From the NCBI GenBank assembly GCA_944386835.1, contig CALXCQ010000114.1:4184-68183 (forward strand): a stretch of 64,000 bases of DNA, written 5' to 3'. The stretch comes from an uncultured Oscillospiraceae bacterium. Lineage in GTDB: Bacteria; Bacillota; Clostridia; Oscillospirales; Oscillospiraceae. This document shows positions 54,478 through 64,000 of this stretch, piece by piece (the first letter of the stretch is position 1; each line of letters begins with the position of its first letter). The notes below the pieces were generated by a model, which was not told the origin of the DNA, did no database searches, and saw only the letters and a list, made by a program, of their open reading frames with translations. The position numbers and the translations under genes are program-made.

Positions 54478-54560
54478 AATGGGCATACACTGCCCATCTG
54501 ATTTGCCTGCTATGCAGGCGTCCCTAGTTTTGTTTTTCGACAGGATGGTCACGAACTGTC
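54478..54560 (-). ncRNA. preQ1-I riboswitch (aptamer 54560-54521) with downstream terminator-like expression platform
   Basis: The minus strand reads GACAG-UUCGUGACCAUC-CUGUC-GAAAAACAAAACUAGGGA. That gives a 5-bp P1, a 12-nt loop starting UUC, and an A-rich tail ending CUAGG. It is followed by the hairpins gcctgc/gcaggc and atgggca/tgcccat, then ttt. Confidence 0.7.
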
Positions 54561-54724
54561 TATGCAATTGTCGGAACGTTCCTACTCTACGAAATTTGGT
54601 GGGAATTGTCAATAGGATACCTGCGAAATCTTCTGCTCCGTTTCAGAAATCGCCTTTTTCTTGCAAACGGTGTCCGCCTGTGTTACACTACAAGTATCAA
54701 TTTTCAGATATGGGAGGTATTCTT

Positions 54725-54934
54725 TTGAGTCCGAAACATCCCAGATGGTCCACCTATTGGATTTTAGCTGCAATATATATCTTGTTCTTTGCCGGAATGC
54801 TCTATTCTGCAATCCACCCCAGCGATACAGGGATTCCTCTTTTGAGCTTTGTACTGTCTTTCGGTTGGCTTGCCCTTGCCATTCGAGAAATTTATTTTTA
54901 CTTCCGGGACAAAAAAGCGGCCAAGGATTCTTAA
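54725..54934 (+). CDS. small two-TM membrane protein (hypothetical)
   Basis: The TTG start lies 7 nt after GGGAGG; an in-frame ATG at 54710 has no RBS. The product has two hydrophobic helices and a basic C-terminus, and a terminator follows directly. Confidence 0.35.
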   Translation: MSPKHPRWSTYWILAAIYILFFAGMLYSAIHPSDTGIPLLSFVLSFGWLALAIREIYFYFRDKKAAKDS

Positions 54935-54951
54935 AATCCCTGGCCGCTTTT
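54913..54951. terminator. bidirectional hairpin terminator
   Basis: The stem arms are aaaagcggccaagg and cctggccgctttt, with one bulge. Confidence 0.65.
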
Positions 54952-54959
54952 TGTGCGCT

Positions 54960-55886
54960 TTACTTTTTGGAATCCTGCTCTGCTTTTTCCTGTGCCCTTG
55001 TAAGAAGTTTTTGCAGTAATTGCCCGTAACGACGGGAAATCGTTGTCGGGTTCCGTTTGAGCAGGCGAATCTTATCTTTGGTCATACGCCGACGCGCCGC
55101 ATCCCAGTGTTCTTGCACCCGGATATGCCAAGCCTGCAATTCCTGGCGAATTTGTCCTACTTTTTCATTTTGTTCTAAAGTCGAGGCAATACGCTCCATT
55201 CCTGTTATCCAGCGGAAAATGCTCTCGCCCTCTTCCCGCTTACGGTAATCCTCCAGCTTCTGTTCCCATTCTTCTTTTCGCACCGAGGCCACTAATTCCA
55301 GTCTGCTTTGCAAGCCACGGACTTCCTCTCTGGCCTTTTGAGAATATGCCTCCAGCTGGGCCAGCATATCCCGCAAATCCAAAGCAGTCTTCACACTGCT
55401 GGCAAAATCATACATAAACAAAGTGGTCATGATTAACGCTATGATATTACTAATTTCACCAGGAATACGCAAAATCCAAGATTCTACCCGCACATGGAGA
55501 AATTCTATCAACAAAACACTCAATACGCCCCAGCACAGGCTACTGCGCAGGCAAATATAACCTTTTACATTGAACGGTCGGGAGCTATAATCCCAATACC
55601 GTACTTTAAAGATAATTTCACACAGATACCCTACCCCATATTCCAATATGGTAGCCGCCACCATTCCCAAAAAGAAAACGGGAATGACCCAATTTCTCAC
55701 AGGAAGTGTGACAAAAAGAATTGCCAGCGCACCAAATCCGTAAATTGGTATTACGGGACCTTTGCAAAATCCTCTGTTTATCCATTTTCGCTTGCTAACG
55801 GAAACCACAGTCGATTCAAAACACCAGCCCAAGAAACAATATACATAAAAGAACAAGAACCATTGGGCAGCTGTGTACGCAGACAT
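54960..55886 (-). CDS. CmpB/DUF1113-type membrane protein (putative ABC-transporter type IV) with C-terminal coiled-coil
   Basis: The N-terminus FLFFYVYCFLGWCFESTVVSV...GPVIPIYGFGA is typical of PF06541 as I recall it. The C-terminal ~120 aa is charged and helical. Confidence 0.65.
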   Translation of the reverse strand: MSAYTAAQWFLFFYVYCFLGWCFESTVVSVSKRKWINRGFCKGPVIPIYGFGALAILFVTLPVRNWVIPVFFLGMVAATILEYGVGYLCEIIFKVRYWDYSSRPFNVKGYICLRSSLCWGVLSVLLIEFLHVRVESWILRIPGEISNIIALIMTTLFMYDFASSVKTALDLRDMLAQLEAYSQKAREEVRGLQSRLELVASVRKEEWEQKLEDYRKREEGESIFRWITGMERIASTLEQNEKVGQIRQELQAWHIRVQEHWDAARRRMTKDKIRLLKRNPTTISRRYGQLLQKLLTRAQEKAEQDSKK

Positions 55887-56220
55887 GAAATCACCTCAGA
55901 GACTATTATGCCAATTCCCCTCAAAAAAGGCAACCATTTTCTGGCTCTTCAAATGTTGCTCCCTCTATCCATTTTTCCGGCATTTCTCTGCCCTCCTTTC
56001 TTTCCCGCTTCTTCTTTTTCTCTTTTCTGCAACCTTTTCCTGTTGGATGCTACTGGTATGTCACTACTTTCCAATACATCCGTAATCCTATTTCTCTTGT
56101 TCTTCTCCCCTGTTCCCTTCCTGTCTATTTCCCTGTTTCTCACTCTTTGTGTGAATGACTACTTGATAACCTGCATGTTTTTATGCTCTGTCTTCGAAAT
56201 ACCCTTGGAGGTCGTACTTC

Positions 56221-57135
56221 ATGCCATATCGCACTTTAAACAGTTATTTGCGTCAACGGTTCGGTTGCAAAGTTTATAAACTGGGCCTGGACGGAGGGAT
56301 GACCTGTCCCAACCGAGATGGCACTTGTGGCACAGGAGGCTGCATTTTTTGTGACGGTGCCGGAGCTTTCGCAGCAAAGAATACTGACTCTGTTTTCACC
56401 CAACTATCCCAGGCAAAGAAATTAGTAGCTTCGAAAGCTCCCAACGCCAAATATATCGCTTACTTTCAGGCTTTTACCAATACCTATGCCCCTGTTTCCG
56501 TCCTGGAGCCTCTCTTTACCCAGGCAATGGAGCCAGATGAGATAGTAGCTGTGTCTATAGCGACTCGTCCAGATTGTCTGCCGCCAGACGTTCTGGATTT
56601 GCTGTCCCGGCTCAATAAAAGAAAGCCAGTGTGGGTAGAACTGGGTCTTCAAACAATTCATCCCCAAACTGCCAACTATATTCGCCGGGGATATGACCTG
56701 GCCTGTTTTGACTCTGCCATTTCTGCATTAAAAGCAAGAAACCTGGAAGTCATTGTTCATATGATTCTGGGACTTCCCGGAGAAACAGAAGAGATGATGG
56801 TGGAAACCGCACGCTACATAGGCCACAGTGGTGCCGATGGCATAAAGCTCCATTTGCTCCATGTTTTAGAGGGCACAGATCTTGCAAAAGACTATATGGC
56901 CGGTAAATTTTCTACTCTTACGTTGCCCCAGTATCTCCATCTTCTCCAACGCTGTCTGGCACAATTGCCCCCACAAATGGTTATCCACCGGCTAACTGGA
57001 GATGGCCCGAAAAGAACACTCTTAGCCCCCCTTTGGAGTACCAACAAAAAACTAGTCTTAAATGCGATTGCCACCGCATTTCAGGAAAACAACCTGGTGC
57101 AGGGTTCGGAATATACTCCAGTGGGTTCCCGCTAG
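56221..57135 (+). CDS. TIGR01212-family radical SAM protein
   Basis: KLGLDGGMTCPNRDGTCGTGGCIFC is the family-specific Cys cluster. Confidence 0.85.
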   Translation: MPYRTLNSYLRQRFGCKVYKLGLDGGMTCPNRDGTCGTGGCIFCDGAGAFAAKNTDSVFTQLSQAKKLVASKAPNAKYIAYFQAFTNTYAPVSVLEPLFTQAMEPDEIVAVSIATRPDCLPPDVLDLLSRLNKRKPVWVELGLQTIHPQTANYIRRGYDLACFDSAISALKARNLEVIVHMILGLPGETEEMMVETARYIGHSGADGIKLHLLHVLEGTDLAKDYMAGKFSTLTLPQYLHLLQRCLAQLPPQMVIHRLTGDGPKRTLLAPLWSTNKKLVLNAIATAFQENNLVQGSEYTPVGSR

Positions 57136-57201
57136 CCTCACAAAGGTAGCAAACGGTTTCTTTGTATAGGCAGTCTCCACCTTCTTTTCCAAATATACAA
57201 A

Positions 57202-57225
57202 AGGGGACCCTCTCTAGGGTCCCCT
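57202..57225. terminator. short GC-rich hairpin between convergent genes
   Basis: The hairpin reads aggggaccct-ctct-agggtcccct. Confidence 0.45.
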
Positions 57226-57308
57226 GTTCCTTACAGGCACTGTAACTCACATAAAAACAGATTTTCAATTCCGATTTGCATAAATGTTCCGGTATCCTTT
57301 TCAGTTTT

Positions 57309-58715
57309 TTAAAGTCTTACCTTTTGCGATTCCATGGCACTGAGTTCTGGCATAACCGTTTTTCTCATGGTTATATAGCAGGCCAGGCCACCAATTACAT
57401 TGGAAATGGGTTCAGCCAGGAATACCCCGTTAACTCCTAAATTCGCTACACGGGGCAACACAAGTGTCAGCGGAACCACAATCAACACTTTTCGCAGTAA
57501 AGAAAAGAAAATTGCATTTTGGGCTTTATTCAGAGATTTGAAAACACTCTGTCCGGAAAATTGAAATGCCATCATGACAAAGCCGAAAAAGTAAATATGT
57601 AAGGAGGAAACTGCGGCGGTCAAAAGATCGGGATTCTGGTTGAAAATTTGGATAAACAATGTGGGAAAAAGCGTAATGCATCCCCAAATAACCAGGGTAT
57701 AACCAAATCCCAACTGGGTCATAAATCGGATTGACTTGCGCACCCGTAACGCGTTACGGGCTCCATAGTTATAACTGATAACCGGTGAAGCACCATCTGA
57801 GAGAGCCATAACCGGAGTCTGGGCAATTTGTCGCACTGAATTGATGACCGTCATTACACTGATATATAGATCCCCACCAAAGAGTCTTAACATATTATTA
57901 CACACTACCTGCACCAGGCTGTCTGTAAAGGACATGACAAAACTGGAAGTACCCAATGCCACAATATGCCGAATACAGGCCCAATCCGGGTGAAATTTCC
58001 GCAATTGTAGCGTCAGTTCTGTCTGAGGCCCTGTTAAAAAGCGGAGAACCCAAACGGCTGAAAGGAACTGGGATATGACAGTTGCAATTGCTGCTCCACG
58101 TACCCCTAAGTTGAATCCGTATATAAAAATTGGATCCAACACTATGTTCGTCACTGCACCCAACAGTACCGTCAGCATTCCAGTTTTTGCAAATCCCTGG
58201 CTGTTGATATAAGGGTTGAGCCCTAGAGAAGTCATAACAAAAATTGTCCCCAACAAATAAATGTTCAGATAGTCTGCAGCATAGCCATACGTGTCGTCGC
58301 TCGCACCAAACAAATATAAGATAGGGCGGTGAAATCCAATTCCTACCGCAGTCAGAAGAACTCCCACCAGCAAGAGCATGAAATAAGCATTGGCCATAAT
58401 CTTTTGTGCCCCCTCATGGTCCTGCCGTCCCCGCGCAATGGAACAAAGAGGTGCACCACCTGCGCCAAACAGATTGGTGAACGCAGTCACTAACGTGATG
58501 ATGGGAAAACACAATCCTAAGCCTGCCAGGGCCAGCGTTCCCTCTCCCGGAATCTTACCAATATAGATGCGGTCCACAATGTTGTACAGTAGATTCAGTA
58601 CCTGGGCCACCAACATTGGTGCCGCCACTGCAAGGACATTTCGCCTCACATCCCCTGTGGCAAAATCCACCTGCCGGTTCGATTTTTCGTTTTTCGTTTG
58701 TTGAGAATCAAACAT
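57309..58715 (-). CDS. MATE-family efflux transporter
   Basis: The N-terminus is AAPMLVAQVLNLLYNIVDRIYIGKIP, and the protein has 12 TM helices. Confidence 0.85.
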   Translation of the reverse strand: MFDSQQTKNEKSNRQVDFATGDVRRNVLAVAAPMLVAQVLNLLYNIVDRIYIGKIPGEGTLALAGLGLCFPIITLVTAFTNLFGAGGAPLCSIARGRQDHEGAQKIMANAYFMLLLVGVLLTAVGIGFHRPILYLFGASDDTYGYAADYLNIYLLGTIFVMTSLGLNPYINSQGFAKTGMLTVLLGAVTNIVLDPIFIYGFNLGVRGAAIATVISQFLSAVWVLRFLTGPQTELTLQLRKFHPDWACIRHIVALGTSSFVMSFTDSLVQVVCNNMLRLFGGDLYISVMTVINSVRQIAQTPVMALSDGASPVISYNYGARNALRVRKSIRFMTQLGFGYTLVIWGCITLFPTLFIQIFNQNPDLLTAAVSSLHIYFFGFVMMAFQFSGQSVFKSLNKAQNAIFFSLLRKVLIVVPLTLVLPRVANLGVNGVFLAEPISNVIGGLACYITMRKTVMPELSAMESQKVRL

Positions 58716-58853
58716 TTCAGGGTCATCTCCTCATTGTATCCAAGCCTTCCCATGTTGGCATCATAAACGCGCTGCCTGACTAACCTGCGGTTTGCATAAA
58801 ATCACTGATCGGCAGAAAGGCTTTCGCCTTGTGTCCTTATCTATATAACACGA

Positions 58854-58892
58854 AAAATGGCGTGCCCATTTTGTGAAAGGGCACGCCATTTT
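58854..58892 (-). terminator. rho-independent terminator after the UPF0597 gene
   Basis: The hairpin reads aaaatggcgtgccc-attttgtgaaa-gggcacgccatttt. Confidence 0.65.
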
Positions 58893-58972
58893 CTTTCGGC
58901 CTCTTCTTGTTTCAGCCATTCTTGTTGGAATTCTTTTAAAACCGAAACAATAGCTTTCTCCCAGTAGCCGGA

Positions 58973-60244
58973 TTATTCCGCTTCTGTCATGATCCCCAGA
59001 ATAACCCGATCGGTCTCATACATACCTTGCTTGGCCAGAGTTCCGATATTTTGGATGGTCTTTTCCACATCGTGTCCAATAATTCCTTCGCCGTCGGCAA
59101 ACTCCTTTTGTGCTTTATACATTTCATAGCCCATAATTCCGGCTTCTACACTGGACATAATCTTTGCCGCACAGGAGGATTTTGCACCGTCACAAATTGT
59201 ACCGGAGATCATCCCCAGTGCATTGGAAACAGTACTGGAAACAGCCTCATAGCTTCCATCTCTTAAATAGGCAATACCACCACCGGCGCCGGCACCGGCT
59301 GCCACCGCACCACAGAATGCAGACAATCTGCCAATACCAGACTTCAGATGTACTGTAATCAAATCCGAAAGCGCAACTGCCCGCAGCATCTTCTCTTCCG
59401 AAACGCCCAAAGCTTTGGCAAACTGTACCACTGGCATGGAGGACGTAATGCCCTGATTGCCGCTGCCGGAGAGAATAATAACAGGCTTTTCACAGCCATT
59501 CATTCTGGCATCCGATGCTGCTGCTGCATAGGCTTTTGCTTTAATTTTCACATCTTCCCCATATTCTTTCAAGAGAATCTGTCCAATGGTTGCGCCCCAC
59601 GGCTCTGTCAAGCCAGCCTCTGCAATAGCCAGGTTATAGGTAATCTGGCGGCCTATCATGGGACGAATCTTGTCCACTTCCACCGTGTTGGCAAACTCCA
59701 AAATATCCCGGACATTCAGGCAGCTCCGGTCTGTTGTATAATCTGCCTGGGTTGCAGGCTTATCCAACTGTACCATACCGTTTTTCTCAATATGTACCAC
59801 ATTGGTATGGGTGTTAGCAATCCGTACCATAGCCCGGTCTCCGCCATAGATACCAGTCAGGCGCATATCCAACAGAATTGGAGTTTCTGGGCAGGTGATT
59901 TCAATTTTGACCTGTTTGAGGTATTCTGCCATTTCTTTGCGCTGCTCATCGGTAGCATTGGCAATCACTTCCAATTCTTTGTTGGGATCCCCAGCTACGA
60001 TGCCGGCTGCGATTGCTGCTTCAATCCCTTTCATTCCATTGGTGTTGGGTACCGTTACACTCTTAGCATTTTTAATCAGGTTGCCGCTGATTTCCGCATA
60101 AATCAGTTCCGGCCGTGCCCCCAGAACCTCCCGCAATTTTGCTGCGCAATAAGCAATTGCAATGGGCTCCGTACATCCGGTAGCCGGAATCAGTTCCTCC
60201 TGCAAAATTGCAAGATAAGTATTCTTTACGCTTCCTGTCAACAT
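58973..60244 (-). CDS. UPF0597/YhaM-like protein (L-cysteine desulfidase / serine dehydratase alpha-like family)
   Basis: ATGCTEPIAIAYCAA near the N-terminus and SGSGNQG further in, with a length of 423 aa. Confidence 0.8.
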   Translation of the reverse strand: MLTGSVKNTYLAILQEELIPATGCTEPIAIAYCAAKLREVLGARPELIYAEISGNLIKNAKSVTVPNTNGMKGIEAAIAAGIVAGDPNKELEVIANATDEQRKEMAEYLKQVKIEITCPETPILLDMRLTGIYGGDRAMVRIANTHTNVVHIEKNGMVQLDKPATQADYTTDRSCLNVRDILEFANTVEVDKIRPMIGRQITYNLAIAEAGLTEPWGATIGQILLKEYGEDVKIKAKAYAAAASDARMNGCEKPVIILSGSGNQGITSSMPVVQFAKALGVSEEKMLRAVALSDLITVHLKSGIGRLSAFCGAVAAGAGAGGGIAYLRDGSYEAVSSTVSNALGMISGTICDGAKSSCAAKIMSSVEAGIMGYEMYKAQKEFADGEGIIGHDVEKTIQNIGTLAKQGMYETDRVILGIMTEAE

Positions 60245-60424
60245 CCCAAGTTTCCTCCCGTTTTCTTATCTATTCTTATCTACTTCCCCTGCCGCCCGTG
60301 GCCAATCTAAGGGCCTGCAATGACAGGGGGGCATCGTTTGCGAACTTACAAACTCTGTATTTATTATAAGACAAACACCTGTATAGTCAACTGTTTCTAG
60401 GAAAACTTTCCAATAAAGGCTAAA

Positions 60425-60451
60425 AAAGGCGGAGGAGCTCCTCCGCCCTTT
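60425..60451 (-). terminator. terminator of the atp operon
   Basis: A GC-rich palindrome, ggcggaggagctcctccgcc, flanked by A and T runs. Confidence 0.7.
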
Positions 60452-60457
60452 CCTTTT

Positions 60458-60865
60458 CTACCGCAACTTGGCTATACTGGTCCGAACCAGCGCCCGTTTT
60501 AGTTTTGCCTCCGCTAAAATCAATTCCTGTTCTGTCATCGTGTCTCTATGCGTCAAGGCTTCTTTTGCTTTCGCCAATGCCCGTTCCGCTCTTTCCTGGT
60601 CAATCTCCTCTGCCCATTCAAAAGTGGTAGCGACTACTTTGACCTCACCTTGGGTAACACTGACCATGCCACCAATACAGGCACCTCTGCGCATTTGTCC
60701 GTCTCGTTCGATTTTGGCTTCTCCCATTCCTAACGCCGAAAGATAGTCAATATGACGCGCTAAAATGGTAACTGCCCCGTCTATCGTAGGAACTGTCACA
60801 CTCTCCGCCTGTCCATCAAAAATTTGGCCATCAGGCGTCACAATTTGCAGATGAAACGTGGCCAT
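60458..60865 (-). CDS. atpC: F0F1 ATP synthase subunit epsilon
   Basis: The sequence begins MATFHLQIVTPDGQIFDG and is 135 aa long. It lies immediately downstream of atpD. Confidence 0.95.
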   Translation of the reverse strand: MATFHLQIVTPDGQIFDGQAESVTVPTIDGAVTILARHIDYLSALGMGEAKIERDGQMRRGACIGGMVSVTQGEVKVVATTFEWAEEIDQERAERALAKAKEALTHRDTMTEQELILAEAKLKRALVRTSIAKLR

Positions 60866-60868
60866 GAC

Positions 60869-63137
<2,269 letters not shown>

Positions 63138-63157
63138 GTTTTGTGCTCACTCCTTCC

Positions 63158-64000
63158 TCATCTGGTACTTGCAAATTCTTGGCCATAAGCTTTCAGGCCA
63201 TCCTGTAAGGCCTCTTCCGCTGCCTGAGAAAGCTTTCCCGTGGTGCGGATTTCTTCCAGAACGGAAAAACAGTTTTCATCCAGATAGGGATAAAGGCCTG
63301 CCTCATAATCCCGCACATCTTCTACGGCAACCGTTTCCAAATATCCCTTGGTGGCCGCATAAAAAATACATACCTGGTGGGCCACTTCCACAGGTGCATT
63401 ATTTTTCTGTTTCAGCACTTCCACAATTCGCTGTCCCTGTGCCAAACGACGCTTCGTGTCTGCATCCAGGTCTGATCCAAATTGGGCAAAGCTCTGAAGT
63501 TCCCGATATTGAGAATACAGAAGTTTTAAGGAGCCTGCCACAGATTTCATAGCTTTAATCTGTGCGTCGCCGCCTACCCGGGACACAGAAATGCCTGGGT
63601 TTACAGCCGGCATAACGCCCGCGTGGAAGAGTTCCGATTCCAGAAAAATTTGTCCGTCCGTAATGGAAATTACATTGGTGGGAATATAGGCGGACACGTC
63701 CCCGGCCTGCGTTTCAATAATGGGAAGCGCCGTTATAGAACCTCCACCGTATTCCGGTGCCATATGCGCAGCCCGTTCCAACAAACGGGAGTGGAGATAA
63801 AATACGTCGCCTGGATAAGCCTCCCGCCCTGGCGGGCGGCGGATCAAAAGCGAAATTGCCCGATAGGCCACCGCATGTTTGGACAAGTCGTCATAAATAA
63901 TCAGAACATCCTTGCCCTGGTCCATAAAGTATTCGCCCATAACACAGCCGGAATAGGGCGCAATATATTGCATAGGTGCAAGTTCCGAAGCGGTTGCGCT
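63158..64000 (-). CDS. atpA: F0F1 ATP synthase subunit alpha (3' portion; gene continues beyond window end)
   Basis: [46 protein letters not shown] is canonical alpha subunit sequence. The ORF is open to the window edge. Confidence 0.97.
   Translation of the reverse strand, partial: SATASELAPMQYIAPYSGCVMGEYFMDQGKDVLIIYDDLSKHAVAYRAISLLIRRPPGREAYPGDVFYLHSRLLERAAHMAPEYGGGSITALPIIETQAGDVSAYIPTNVISITDGQIFLESELFHAGVMPAVNPGISVSRVGGDAQIKAMKSVAGSLKLLYSQYRELQSFAQFGSDLDADTKRRLAQGQRIVEVLKQKNNAPVEVAHQVCIFYAATKGYLETVAVEDVRDYEAGLYPYLDENCFSVLEEIRTTGKLSQAAEEALQDGLKAYGQEFASTR

Noticed and set aside
55494-56279. 261-aa plus-strand ORF
   Set aside because: The first half is antisense to the CmpB-like gene. The second half is translation of the pyrimidine tract, giving a Leu/Phe/Ser/Pro product. 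It overlaps the start of the radical SAM gene.
59348-60310. 320-aa plus-strand ORF
   Set aside because: It is antisense to the UPF0597/YhaM-like gene. The product is Cys/His/Phe-rich with no RBS.

Overview
This is a dense core-chromosome window from what looks like a spore-forming Firmicute. The Clostridia-like assignment is an inference from gene content: a pdaA-like deacetylase, YtvI, a YjcZ-like tiny peptide, SLH-domain wall proteins and a PPi-dependent PFK. I can support about 62 protein genes, almost all housekeeping or generic accessory functions.

Main gene content:
- An alpha/beta hydrolase (cut by the window edge), an XRE regulator and a membrane-anchored CAT-fold acyltransferase.
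- Smr and ArsC-family proteins, a ZIP metal transporter and a Dabb protein.
- A MarR regulator followed by a heterodimeric ABC exporter.
- DegV, an M18 aminopeptidase, coaE, tsaC/sua5, prfA and an RlmA-like methyltransferase.
- An ECF-type sigma factor with a membrane partner.
- Two flavodoxin-centred operons with DUF genes.
- A DtxR-family regulator, arginase, DUF523, Nudix and a flavin reductase.
- A pdaA-like deacetylase and two SLH wall proteins, one of them GH18-like.
- An MBL hydrolase.
- The oxidative TCA branch: citrate synthase, aconitase and a eukaryote-type NADP-IDH.
- infC-rpmI-rplT, aspartate kinase, an Fe-ADH, an ACT/PheB-like protein and YtvI.
- An RluA-family pseudouridine synthase running in frame into pta.
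- Three MATE exporters.
- A TIGR00300/LOR-SDH protein, PPi-PFK and a class II aldolase.
- queT behind a preQ1-I riboswitch.
- A TIGR01212 radical SAM protein and a UPF0597/cysteine-desulfidase-like protein.
- atpA (partial), atpG, atpD and atpC.

I found no rRNA or tRNA genes, CRISPR array, transposase, integrase, prophage, or recognisable defence or toxin-antitoxin module. I therefore cannot point to a clear multi-gene novel system.

The observations most worth a second look are local:
- A 62-63 bp tandem-repeat array in a long non-coding gap (19851-20095).
- The stop-less RluA-Pta reading frame, which contains an internal promoter and RBS.
- A pair of near-perfect palindromic operators in front of a DUF3793-flavodoxin operon.
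- A membrane-anchored E2-like acyltransferase whose catalytic His position reads Glu, and which may be translated from a leaderless mRNA.
- A tiny Cys-rich transmembrane peptide.
- Two unusually long gene-free gaps that carry internal structure.

All coordinates and motifs were read by eye from the sequence. No database search was run.
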